Assembly: GCA_035495345.1 (NCBI GenBank)
Contig: DATJGC010000068.1
Location: 1-43,175, forward strand
DNA from: Chitinophagaceae bacterium
GTDB lineage: Bacteria; Bacteroidota; Bacteroidia; Chitinophagales; Chitinophagaceae
Direction of reading: 5' to 3'
Length of the DNA stretch: 43,175 nucleotides
The notes under the pieces are model-generated. The model searched no databases, was not told the origin of the DNA, and saw nothing but the letters and a program-made list of their open reading frames with translations. The position numbers and the translations under genes were made by a program. This document shows, one piece after another, positions 18,201-25,791 of the stretch; position 1 is the stretch's first letter, and each line of letters begins with the position of its first letter.

Positions 18201-19347
18201 TCCACCCCCTGTTTCACCCGCAACGCCGGTAAATAAGGCGCCCGTGGCCAATGCAGGCAACAATGTTGATATTACCCTGCCCACCAACAGTACTTCGCTG
18301 AACGGCAGTGGTTCTTATGATACGGATGGAAGTATTGCAGGGTATAAGTGGACAAAAACAAGTGGTCCTGCAGCGTACAGCATTGATAATGCAACAGGTG
18401 CCAGCACCACTATCAATAATCTCACAGAAGGCGTTTATGTATTTACGTTAGAAGTTACGGATAATGCCGGTGCAAGTGCCAGCGCTGCCGTAACGGTAAC
18501 AGTACATCCTGCTCCCAACCAGGCGCCGGTGGCCAACGCGGGTGCTGACATTGTACTCATGCTGCCTGAAAATACAACCGCGCTGGATGGCAGTGCATCT
18601 TATGACGCAGACGGGTCTATTGTTACGTACAGCTGGAACAAAGTAAGCGGACCGGGCGCCATCACCATTGTAAATTCTAACACCGCAAGTCCGTCCGTGA
18701 TTGGCTTGTCTGAAGGTCAATACAGTTTTGAATTAACCGTTACTGACAATAAAGGCTCAATTACCAAAGACCAGGTACTGGTTACCGTACAGCCTGCACC
18801 CAATAAAGCACCTACCGCAAAAGCAGGTGCAGATACCAGCATTGCACTGCCCGCTTCTTCTGCCGTGTTAACCGGTATATCTTCTTCAGATGAAGATGGC
18901 ACCATTGCAGGCTACGCCTGGAAACAGGTGAGCGGACCAGCCACGGCCGTCATCACAAACAATACGGCTGCAGTAACGCCGGTTACAGGTTTAGTAGAAG
19001 GTGAATATGTGTTTGAGCTAAAAGTAACAGACAATAGCGGTGCATCTGCTACAGTGCGTGTGAAGGTGAGTGTAACCAATAATTTCCGTTACAGCCAGTA
19101 TTTCAAATTGTACCCCAATCCTGCCAGCAACAGCATCAATTTTCAGTATATAGATGATAAGACGGGCAAATTACGGGTCATTGCCTATGATGTAAACGGA
19201 AGGCTGGTGGTAGAACAGGAGTTCAGCAAAGAACAATCGCTCATTACAAAGGAACTGAACATCAGTCACCTGAAAGCGGGTATGTACTACCTGGAAATCA
19301 GGCAGGCAGATGGCCAAAAGCTTATCAGGCCCTTTGTTAAGCAATAA
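15262..19347 (+). CDS. T9SS cargo P1: COG4099-type alpha/beta-hydrolase (carboxylesterase-like) head + 10 PKD-like repeats + type A C-terminal sorting domain
   Basis: The track ORF starts at GTG 15205. I prefer ATG 15262 (MKVKLYFLRSRSFLLITLFAIQSIVSFSQQ, a signal peptide). Hydrolase motifs are FLHGIGERGNG, GLSLGGGG (nucleophile elbow), HSMDDGTV and GGHGGAW. Ten repeats follow with the pattern PVANAG..ITLP...L.G..S.DPDG.I..Y.W.K.SGP....V.TL.VTDN.G. The C-terminus (LYPNPASNSINFQY...) is a type A CTD. Confidence 0.9.
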   Translation: MKVKLYFLRSRSFLLITLFAIQSIVSFSQQVAKSIPYPASPDGLIGFLQFTPPDYGSQRHPLIIFLHGIGERGNGTSQLNIVANNGIPLYCRMGASMRFTVGGQTSSFVVLSPQLSTQYGYWPTFYVKEMINYAKANLQIDPNRIYITGLSLGGGGIWRVITDTYNFDHTFDASVAAAAPVCGTQEENDADYCSTIGANNLPIWAFHSMDDGTVGVGATQHAEILSNNCPTTPRAKFTYYQSGGHGGAWVNAYDTGHITRTVVVNGVAQSFTATPNLYEWFLGFSRNAAPVNTPPTANAGAAQIITLPTNTVTLNGSGAGTNGASIVSYSWAKTSGPAGGAISVPLANSTLVTGLVQGTYVFTLTVTDNHGLSATSTVSVTVNPLVNQLPVANAGNNITLTLPANNTTLNGTGSRDPDGTIATYAWTKTSGPSSYTIANPAAASTALSNLTQGVYVFTLQVTDNAGGTASSTVTVTVNAPANQKPVANAGSNISITLPVNNTTLNGTASADPDGTIASYAWTKTSGPASYSIANAGAASTALSNLVQGVYQFRLQVTDNAGATDTALVTVTVNAAANQPPVANAGSNISITLPTNNITLNGTVSADPDGTISTYAWTKTSGPATYTIANAGAASTAVTGLVQGVYIFTLQVTDNAGASSSSFVTVTVNAAPAPANQSPIASAGSNVNITLPLNSATLNGSASFDPDGSIASYAWSKTSGPSSYSFANATAYTTTVNNLVAGVYVFTLQVTDNAGATSSATVTVTVNNLPAPPNQSPIADAGSNSTITLPVNSATVNASASFDPDGSIASYAWSKTSGPAQYAITDASAYTTTVTNLVQGVYVFTVTITDNSGATATANVNVTVNAPAPPPPVPNQVPVARAGAAISITLPTDNAVLDGTASSDADGNIVSYAWTKTSGPAGHAFANAAAASTNVSNLVAGTYVFTLQVTDNAGATASADVTVAVNPAAVATPPVTTPPPPPPPVSPATPVNKAPVANAGNNVDITLPTNSTSLNGSGSYDTDGSIAGYKWTKTSGPAAYSIDNATGASTTINNLTEGVYVFTLEVTDNAGASASAAVTVTVHPAPNQAPVANAGADIVLMLPENTTALDGSASYDADGSIVTYSWNKVSGPGAITIVNSNTASPSVIGLSEGQYSFELTVTDNKGSITKDQVLVTVQPAPNKAPTAKAGADTSIALPASSAVLTGISSSDEDGTIAGYAWKQVSGPATAVITNNTAAVTPVTGLVEGEYVFELKVTDNSGASATVRVKVSVTNNFRYSQYFKLYPNPASNSINFQYIDDKTGKLRVIAYDVNGRLVVEQEFSKEQSLITKELNISHLKAGMYYLEIRQADGQKLIRPFVKQ
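16141..19083 (+). repeat. Array of 10 tandem in-frame PKD-like repeat units (~92-116 codons each) inside P1
   Basis: I read the unit boundaries from the translation. The 28-nt string tatttacgttacaggtaacagacaatgc recurs exactly at 16628, 17198 and 17492. Confidence 0.9.
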
Positions 19348-19369
19348 TTATATTTTCTTATAAGAAGAA

Positions 19370-19399
19370 AGCAGTCCCCTTAGGCGGACTGCTTTTTTT
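19370..19399 (+). terminator. Rho-independent terminator after P1
   Basis: An 8-bp stem pairs agcagtcc (19370-19377) with ggactgct (19386-19393). The loop is 8 nt and the T-run extends to 19399. It lies 23 nt after the stop codon. Confidence 0.75.
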
Positions 19400-19575
19400 A
19401 TGTAGATTCTCTAAAAATAGCCTAATTTTAATTTCTTCGATATCCTCTCAAAGGCCTTTTGGTTCCCCTGGCTTAAATCCATTATTTTATTTTAATGTTG
19501 TTTTCCTCTGTAAAGCGGGCTTGCCTCTTTTACAGCAGGCTGTATTGTTTTGTAAAAACTGAATTAATTGTTGTT

Positions 19576-21600
19576 ATGAAAAGAAATTTTTTACTTGTTT
19601 GCTTACTCTCTTTTGTATTTAATCTTCAGGCACAACTTACAACAGGCTCTATACCGTATGCGGGTGCTCCAGGAGGAAGAATTTACTTTTACCAGTATAA
19701 GCCCCCGCAATACAATACCAGCTCTTCGCTTCCTTTAATTGTATCTCTGCATGGGGGAGGGGAAGAAGGGCCGGCGGATGGGTCAGTACTATCGCGTGTG
19801 ATAACCTACGGCCTGCCGCAGATTGTTGCGCAAGGTGGCGTTTTGCAGGCTACTTACCAGAATGTAACGGAAGGCTTTGTAATGGTGGCTCCACAGGCAG
19901 CTACCGGTTTGTCTGGCAACTGGCCAACCTACTATGTAGATCAGATGATCGACTACGCTATTCAAAACCTGAAGGCAGATCCGAACAGAGTATTCCTTAC
20001 TGGATATAGTAATGGGGGTAATGGTGTGTGGAAATATGCCACCTCATCTGCCGCGGCTGCTTCCAGGCTTGCAGGCCTTATTCCGGCCGCCGCAGTGGCA
20101 GTATCCGGAGGCACTAATTTCTGCAACATTGCGCAAAATAAAGTGGCCACCTGGGTACAGCACGCTTATCATGATGAGTACGGAAATGTGCAGGAGGCAA
20201 TAGATTATACAAATGCTATCAATGCCTGTTCACCGGTAGTGCCGGCCGTAGATACTATCTACGAGTTTGGAAGCCATAACATTTACATGTTTAGGACGTA
20301 TGAACTAACAAACACGTATCAGTATCCAAATCTCTTTCAATGGATGCTAAAGGTGAACCGTAACCTTAACCCTTCAACTAACCAAAACCCGGTGCCTGTC
20401 ATTGCCGGGCCTTCAACGGTTACCCTTACCGCACCGTTGAATAAACGTAACCTTCCCGTACTTGATGGCAGCGGCTCGTATGATCCGGATGATATAATAA
20501 TGAATTATTTGTGGGAACAAACCGGAGGGCCGGTCAATTTATTGCCAGCACCAGCAGATAGAACGCAAATAGACGTGGACCAACGTCGCCAATGGCCTGT
20601 GGTATCAATACCAGTTACACCCACCAACTACGGCGTTCCCGTGGGTACCTACACATTCAGACTACGTGTAAAAGATTATCTCACCTCCAAACCTGGCCAT
20701 ACGCAGTTTGCAACAAAAACGATCAACGTTGTGCTGCCACCAGTGGGTGCCGGTCCGGTAGCCGATGCTGGGGATGATATCATACTCAGTGGCAACGCTA
20801 CCAGCGCCCAACGCTCTGGAAGTTTTGAAAATACTTACGGAACCGGCAGTAATATCCAATACAACTGGACGATTGTTTCTGGCCCTCCAGGTGCCCAGTT
20901 GAGGACTTTTAATGGAAGCGCCCCCTATACGGCGGGTGATAATAATGTAATGTTCAGCAACCTGGTAAATCCGGGCACCTATGTATTTCAGTTTAGCATC
21001 AGCAACACAGCCGGCTCCAGCACAGACCAGGTATCCGTCATAAAACTGGCTACCCTGCCCGTAAGCTACGCCTACATCACCGGCAGTAATATTGGTACCG
21101 CAAATGTCATCAACTGGTCTACCAGCACTGAAGTGAATAGTGATCGGTTTGATATACAGCGCAGCACAGATGGCACAAACTTTACGGTAATCGGCTCCGT
21201 TAGTGCAAGAGGTGGCACCAATGCCACTGATTACAGCTTTGAAGATGTCAATGCACCGCTGGGTATCAGCTATTACAGGTTGCTGCAGGTAGATAAAGAT
21301 GGTAAGAGTAGCCTTTCAAAAGTGGTTTCGGTTAACAACCGCCGCAGCGGGCTTGTAATAGAAAAATATCCTAACCCTGTGCATGATAACCTCACTGTAA
21401 CATTGAAGGGTACCATAACGGGTAAAATGCAGGTATTGATTGCAGATATGCAGGGAAAAACAATGATGCAGCAGCAGTGGCAGAAAGATATGCCGCAGTT
21501 GAAGAAAGTGATAAACGTTGGAGCGTTGCAAAACGGTGTATACCAGATGATCATCATCAGCGGAAGCGATAAGATGATTAGTAGTTTTGTCAAGTATTAA
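19576..21600 (+). CDS. T9SS cargo P2: divergent COG4099-type alpha/beta-hydrolase + 2 PKD-like domains + pre-CTD beta domain + type A CTD
   Basis: The track ORF starts at 19495. The signal peptide begins at MKRNFLLVCLLSFVFNLQAQ (ATG 19576). Hydrolase motifs are SLHGGGEEG, GYSNGGNG, HAYHDEYG and GSHNIY. The CTD reads YPNPVHDNLTVTL... Confidence 0.85.
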   Translation: MKRNFLLVCLLSFVFNLQAQLTTGSIPYAGAPGGRIYFYQYKPPQYNTSSSLPLIVSLHGGGEEGPADGSVLSRVITYGLPQIVAQGGVLQATYQNVTEGFVMVAPQAATGLSGNWPTYYVDQMIDYAIQNLKADPNRVFLTGYSNGGNGVWKYATSSAAAASRLAGLIPAAAVAVSGGTNFCNIAQNKVATWVQHAYHDEYGNVQEAIDYTNAINACSPVVPAVDTIYEFGSHNIYMFRTYELTNTYQYPNLFQWMLKVNRNLNPSTNQNPVPVIAGPSTVTLTAPLNKRNLPVLDGSGSYDPDDIIMNYLWEQTGGPVNLLPAPADRTQIDVDQRRQWPVVSIPVTPTNYGVPVGTYTFRLRVKDYLTSKPGHTQFATKTINVVLPPVGAGPVADAGDDIILSGNATSAQRSGSFENTYGTGSNIQYNWTIVSGPPGAQLRTFNGSAPYTAGDNNVMFSNLVNPGTYVFQFSISNTAGSSTDQVSVIKLATLPVSYAYITGSNIGTANVINWSTSTEVNSDRFDIQRSTDGTNFTVIGSVSARGGTNATDYSFEDVNAPLGISYYRLLQVDKDGKSSLSKVVSVNNRRSGLVIEKYPNPVHDNLTVTLKGTITGKMQVLIADMQGKTMMQQQWQKDMPQLKKVINVGALQNGVYQMIIISGSDKMISSFVKY

Positions 21601-21623
21601 TACCAATGATGATTTTATAAATG

Positions 21624-21666
21624 ATACGAACAATGATGGCAAACAAGCGTCATTGTTCGTATTTAT
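21624..21666 (+). terminator. Terminator-like hairpin after P2
   Basis: A perfect 13-bp stem pairs atacgaacaatga (21624-21636) with tcattgttcgtat (21650-21662). The loop is 13 nt. The trailing T-tract is only short (ttat). Confidence 0.5.
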
Positions 21667-21766
21667 ACCAGCGGTATTTGCAGTAGTTTTACGAGGTGTT
21701 CTTTAAATAACTGTTTAACTGACACTTATGGACATTAAAATATTAAAATATTTTCCACAACGGCTC

Positions 21767-21783
21767 TTTTGGTATAGTTGTTG
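21767..21783 (+). promoter_or_regulatory. Conserved 17-mer TTTTGGTATAGTTGTTG upstream of P3 (candidate promoter or operator)
   Basis: It is identical to 25528-25544 upstream of P4. Both copies are preceded by A/T-rich sequence and lie ~250-265 nt upstream of the start codon. Confidence 0.3.
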
Positions 21784-22016
21784 AACGATTTTCCCCCGGT
21801 AAAATTACGCTTACACCGTCCCGTTTCCACAAGAAGAATTCCAATTATTTATTGCATTTGCTATTGCTTGCCTGCAGTGTTGCTGTAACAGTGTGGTCAT
21901 TGCTGCTATTCCGGCTTATTTATCAAATTAAGGAGAGAGACTAAATTATACATATACCGCCATGGAGAGATGGCGGTACTAAAACGAACATCGTACACTT
22001 TAAACTGCATTGCACT

Positions 22017-25000
22017 ATGAGAACAATTGTACGGGCAAGTATGCTTGCGCTAAGCTTATTGTCTTTTTGCACGCTCACATTTTCACAACAGGTTGCAAAG
22101 ACGATTCCGTATCCTGCCTCGCCAGATCGCGTTATTGGTTTCCTGGAATTTCGTCCGGCCGATTATGGCAGCCAGCAACATCCCCTCATCATTTTTCTGC
22201 ATGGTATTGGTGAACGTGGTAACGGCACGTCTCAAATTAATTCGGTGGCCGCCAACGGTATCCCTTACTATTGCTCACGCGGCGCCAGTATGCGTTTTAC
22301 TGTAGACAGACAAACATCTTCCTTTGTTGTACTCTCGCCTCAATTGAGTACACAATATGGCTACTGGCCAACTTTTTATGTAAAGGAGATGATTAAGTAT
22401 GCAAAGCAGAATCTTTCTATTGACCCCAACAGAATTTACATCACCGGCTTAAGCCTTGGTGGTGGTGGTATCTGGAGAGTGATTACCGATACGGAAAACT
22501 GGGACAATACCTTTGATGCTGGCATTGCCGCCGCAGCGCCGGTATGTGGTACACAGGAAGAAAATGATGCTGAATTCTGCAATACCATTGGCGCCAATCG
22601 TTTGCCCATCTGGGCTTTTCATAGTATGGATGATGGCACTGTAGGCGTGGGGGCCACCCAGCATGCCGAGATTCTTGCCAAGAATTGCAAGGTAAAACCA
22701 GATCCCATCTTCACTTATTACCAGAGTGGCGGCCATGGTGGTGCATGGGTAAATGCCTATGATACCGGTCATATCACCCGCACAGTAAACGAGAACGGCA
22801 AACAGAAAAATTTTACGGCTTCCCCTAATTTATACGAATGGTTTTTGAGCCAGAGCAGGAATAACCAGGGCCAACCTGCCAACACGCCTCCAGTGGCCGA
22901 TGCAGGCGCTGCTCAAATCATTACGCTGCCTGTTAATAGCCTTACCTTATCTGGTAATGGTACAGGTACCAACGGCGCCAGCATCAGTTCTTACAGCTGG
23001 ACCAAGACCAGCGGACCGGCAGCAGGCGTCATCAGCCTTCCACTTTTAAATACAACACTTGTTACCGGTCTTGCACAAGGCAATTATGTGTTTACCCTCA
23101 CCGTAACAGATAACCATGGTTTATCCAGCAGCGCAAGTGTAAATGTAACCGTTAACCCGGCCGCCAATCGTGCACCTACAGCCAACGCAGGCCAGGATAT
23201 AAACATCACTTTGCCTGATAATACTGTTACTCTTAATGGAAGCGGTAATGACCCGGATGGTTCTATCTCGGCCTATAACTGGACAAAAAGCAGCGGTCCC
23301 GGCGGTGCAAGAATTGCCAATCCCAATGCAGCCAGTACCAATGTCAGCAATCTCAGCGCGGGTGTATATGTCTTTACATTGAAGGTAACAGACAATGCAG
23401 GTGCAACTGCCAGCAACGATGTAACCGTAACGGTTAATGCCGCACCCAATAAGGCACCGATTGCCTATGCGGGCCCTAACCAGCAAGTTACATTGCCCGA
23501 TAATAAGGTTACGCTGGATGGTGGCACTTCCTTTGACCCCGATGGCCAGATTGATGCGTTTTACTGGACAAAAGAAAGCGGCCCTGCATCTTACAAAATC
23601 AATAACCAGAATGCAGCCAAGATAAATGTAAGTAACCTGGTGGCCGGTACCTATGTATTTAACCTGCAGGTAAGAGACAATGATGGCGCTACCAGCAATT
23701 CAAGCGTAAGCGTAACGGTTAACCCAGAGGCCGCCGCACAAGCGCCACCTGCTGCCAATGATGAACAACCTATTGGGTATATAAAAATGACTGAAGGCCC
23801 GTCACAGGGATGTGATGACAGTCGCACCGCCGGCAGGTTTGCCATCTACAGCAGCAGCATCGCCAAAGGCAGTCTTGTTTACCTTGACGCGGCCCATACG
23901 CAATTGTTTGATGGCGGATGGAACTGGTACGCCTATTCACCCACCAGGAGCGGATCTGTAACGCAATGTTTTGCTATTTATCCGAACGGCGGCATGGACC
24001 TCATTACTGCCTGCAACGGAAGCACCTCAGAGGCCAGGCCAACGCCGCCACCGCCACCTCCGCCACCACCGGCTGCCAACCAGTTGCCCGTGTCTAATGC
24101 TGGCCCTGATATTGACATTACCCTGCCCGTGAGCAGTGCCCAACTAAGCGGCAATGGTTCTTACGACCCCGATGGCACCATCTCTGGCTATTGGTGGATA
24201 CAGGATCGCGGCCCGTCATCCGTAACTTTCTCAGACCAGGCAGCTTCCAACTGTGTTGTCAGCAACCTGGTAGAAGGATTGTACAATTTTACATTGCAGG
24301 TGAAAGATAATACCGGTACTCCTACTTACTCATCCATGATTGTAAGGGTACATCCTGCACCAGCAGTGAACAACCAGCCAATAGGGTATATAAAAATTGC
24401 TGCCGGACCGGCCCAGGCCTGTGATGATAAATCAAGAGGCGGCAGGTTCCCGATTTACAGCGATAATATAGCCAAGGGCAGCCTTGTATACCTTGATGCC
24501 GCGCATACGCAACTGTTTGACGGTGGCTGGAACTGGTATTCTTACTCACCTGCAGAACATGGTGAAGTAACACAGGCCTTTGCCATCTACCCCAACGGAG
24601 GCATGGATTTACTCACCGGCTGTTCCGTAAACGGACCTTCTGCACCCGCGCCGCCTCCTGCACGGAGCAACCTGCTGGGCTATATAAAAATTACTACCGG
24701 CCCGGGACAGGCTTGTGATGATAATACTACTGATGGAAGAATGGCGCTCTATGGCAAAAGCATTGCCAACGGCAGCTATGTATATACCGATGAAGCCATG
24801 ACGCAGATCTTTGATGGCGGTTGGAACTGGTACTCCTTTACACCCACTTATGGTGGTGCCGTTACACAGGCTTTTGCAGTATTCCCCATTGGTACCATTG
24901 GACTGCTCACCAATTGCAGTAACAGTAGTGCAAGGCTGGCCGCTGACCAATCCGCTGCGCTGCAAGACAGCATCAATGCCGCCAGTGCAAGATCAATTGC

Positions 25001-25283
25001 CAATGCTTCCGCTACGCTGCTGGGTACTGGTAAATTATCACTGTATCCTAACCCTGTGCGTACCTCCAGTACCATTGAGTTAAGCAGTACAGAAAACAGC
25101 AACAAGCTGGTGAAATTGTATACTGCAGGCGGAACCCTGATAGCGAGTTATCGCTGGCAGGTAGTTAAGGGACTTAACAGGTTTACGCTGCAACAGGTAG
25201 CCGGGTTGAGCGCTGGTCTTTACTATATCAGTATCAGCGACAACAAAGGACCGGAGCAAAAACTTAAGTTTATAAAAATGTAG
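22017..25283 (+). CDS. T9SS cargo P3: COG4099-type alpha/beta-hydrolase + 4 PKD-like repeats + 3 copies of an unassigned Cys-bracketed module + type A CTD
   Basis: The signal peptide is MRTIVRASMLALSLLSFCTLTFSQQ. The hydrolase motifs match P1 (FLHGIGERGNG, GLSLGGGG, HSMDDGTV, GGHGGAW). PKD-like repeats lie at about 22887-23745 and 24079-24357. The unassigned modules are at 23766-24020, 24375-24625 and 24669-24920. The CTD reads LYPNPVRTSSTIEL... Confidence 0.9.
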   Translation: MRTIVRASMLALSLLSFCTLTFSQQVAKTIPYPASPDRVIGFLEFRPADYGSQQHPLIIFLHGIGERGNGTSQINSVAANGIPYYCSRGASMRFTVDRQTSSFVVLSPQLSTQYGYWPTFYVKEMIKYAKQNLSIDPNRIYITGLSLGGGGIWRVITDTENWDNTFDAGIAAAAPVCGTQEENDAEFCNTIGANRLPIWAFHSMDDGTVGVGATQHAEILAKNCKVKPDPIFTYYQSGGHGGAWVNAYDTGHITRTVNENGKQKNFTASPNLYEWFLSQSRNNQGQPANTPPVADAGAAQIITLPVNSLTLSGNGTGTNGASISSYSWTKTSGPAAGVISLPLLNTTLVTGLAQGNYVFTLTVTDNHGLSSSASVNVTVNPAANRAPTANAGQDINITLPDNTVTLNGSGNDPDGSISAYNWTKSSGPGGARIANPNAASTNVSNLSAGVYVFTLKVTDNAGATASNDVTVTVNAAPNKAPIAYAGPNQQVTLPDNKVTLDGGTSFDPDGQIDAFYWTKESGPASYKINNQNAAKINVSNLVAGTYVFNLQVRDNDGATSNSSVSVTVNPEAAAQAPPAANDEQPIGYIKMTEGPSQGCDDSRTAGRFAIYSSSIAKGSLVYLDAAHTQLFDGGWNWYAYSPTRSGSVTQCFAIYPNGGMDLITACNGSTSEARPTPPPPPPPPPAANQLPVSNAGPDIDITLPVSSAQLSGNGSYDPDGTISGYWWIQDRGPSSVTFSDQAASNCVVSNLVEGLYNFTLQVKDNTGTPTYSSMIVRVHPAPAVNNQPIGYIKIAAGPAQACDDKSRGGRFPIYSDNIAKGSLVYLDAAHTQLFDGGWNWYSYSPAEHGEVTQAFAIYPNGGMDLLTGCSVNGPSAPAPPPARSNLLGYIKITTGPGQACDDNTTDGRMALYGKSIANGSYVYTDEAMTQIFDGGWNWYSFTPTYGGAVTQAFAVFPIGTIGLLTNCSNSSARLAADQSAALQDSINAASARSIANASATLLGTGKLSLYPNPVRTSSTIELSSTENSNKLVKLYTAGGTLIASYRWQVVKGLNRFTLQQVAGLSAGLYYISISDNKGPEQKLKFIKM
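23766..24920 (+). repeat. Three in-frame copies of a ~84-aa unassigned module (GYIK..GP.Q.CDD....GR...Y...IA.GS.VY.D...TQ.FDGGWNWY...P....VTQ.FA..P.G...L...C). One PKD-like repeat lies between copies 1 and 2.
   Basis: Copies are at 23766-24020, 24375-24625 and 24669-24920, read directly from the P3 translation. Pro-rich linkers lie between them. Confidence 0.85.
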
Positions 25284-25307
25284 ACTGAATATAATTAGTT
25301 CGTCAAT

Positions 25308-25346
25308 GGGGTGCAGTTGTGAAAACAATGGCACCCTATTTTTTTT
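25308..25346 (+). terminator. Rho-independent terminator after P3
   Basis: The stem pairs gggtgc (25309-25314) with gcaccc (25331-25336). A T8 run at 25339-25346 follows. It begins 25 nt after the stop codon. Confidence 0.55.
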
Positions 25347-25527
25347 GCCGTTACACTTTCCCTGCCTCAATATTTGTGTGCACTTGTTTTTTTAAAAGCA
25401 AGCGCTAAGTAAATTTCTTTTTCTGCTCAGCAATACTACTTATTCAGTTGTATGTTTACGTCTTCCTTCCTCGTAGAACCACGCTGGTGCTGTGTTTCAG
25501 CAAAATTTAGTTTAAAAAAAAATAATA

Positions 25528-25544
25528 TTTTGGTATAGTTGTTG
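25528..25544 (+). promoter_or_regulatory. Conserved 17-mer TTTTGGTATAGTTGTTG upstream of P4 (candidate promoter or operator)
   Basis: It is an exact copy of 21767-21783 and lies 264 nt upstream of ATG 25792. Confidence 0.3.
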
Positions 25545-25791
25545 GTTTATACACTACGCCAATATTCTAATGAAAACCTAAGCTGCTACAAGTTATTCTG
25601 CTACAGGTTCTCACTTAGAATTCTCTTATAGATTTTTGTTTTGCCTAAGATTGCTTGACATAGATAGTATTTTTTCTATTTGTTTTTCCATATCCGTCGA
25701 GGAAATGCGCTTAGCAATCTTACTATCATTGTATTATAATTTTATCCGATATCTCTTTTTGATCCGTATTCAATCTTAAACTGCATATTCT

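Noticed and set aside
15595-18905. Many 60-157-aa ORFs on the opposite strand or in other frames inside P1. Similar ones occur inside P2-P4 (for example 22449-22772, 23121-23486, 24609-24965 and 26224-26679).
   Set aside because: All are nested within long, motif-rich sense ORFs. They arise because the Ala/Gly/Thr/Val-rich repeat codons rarely create stops in other frames. None has recognisable motifs.
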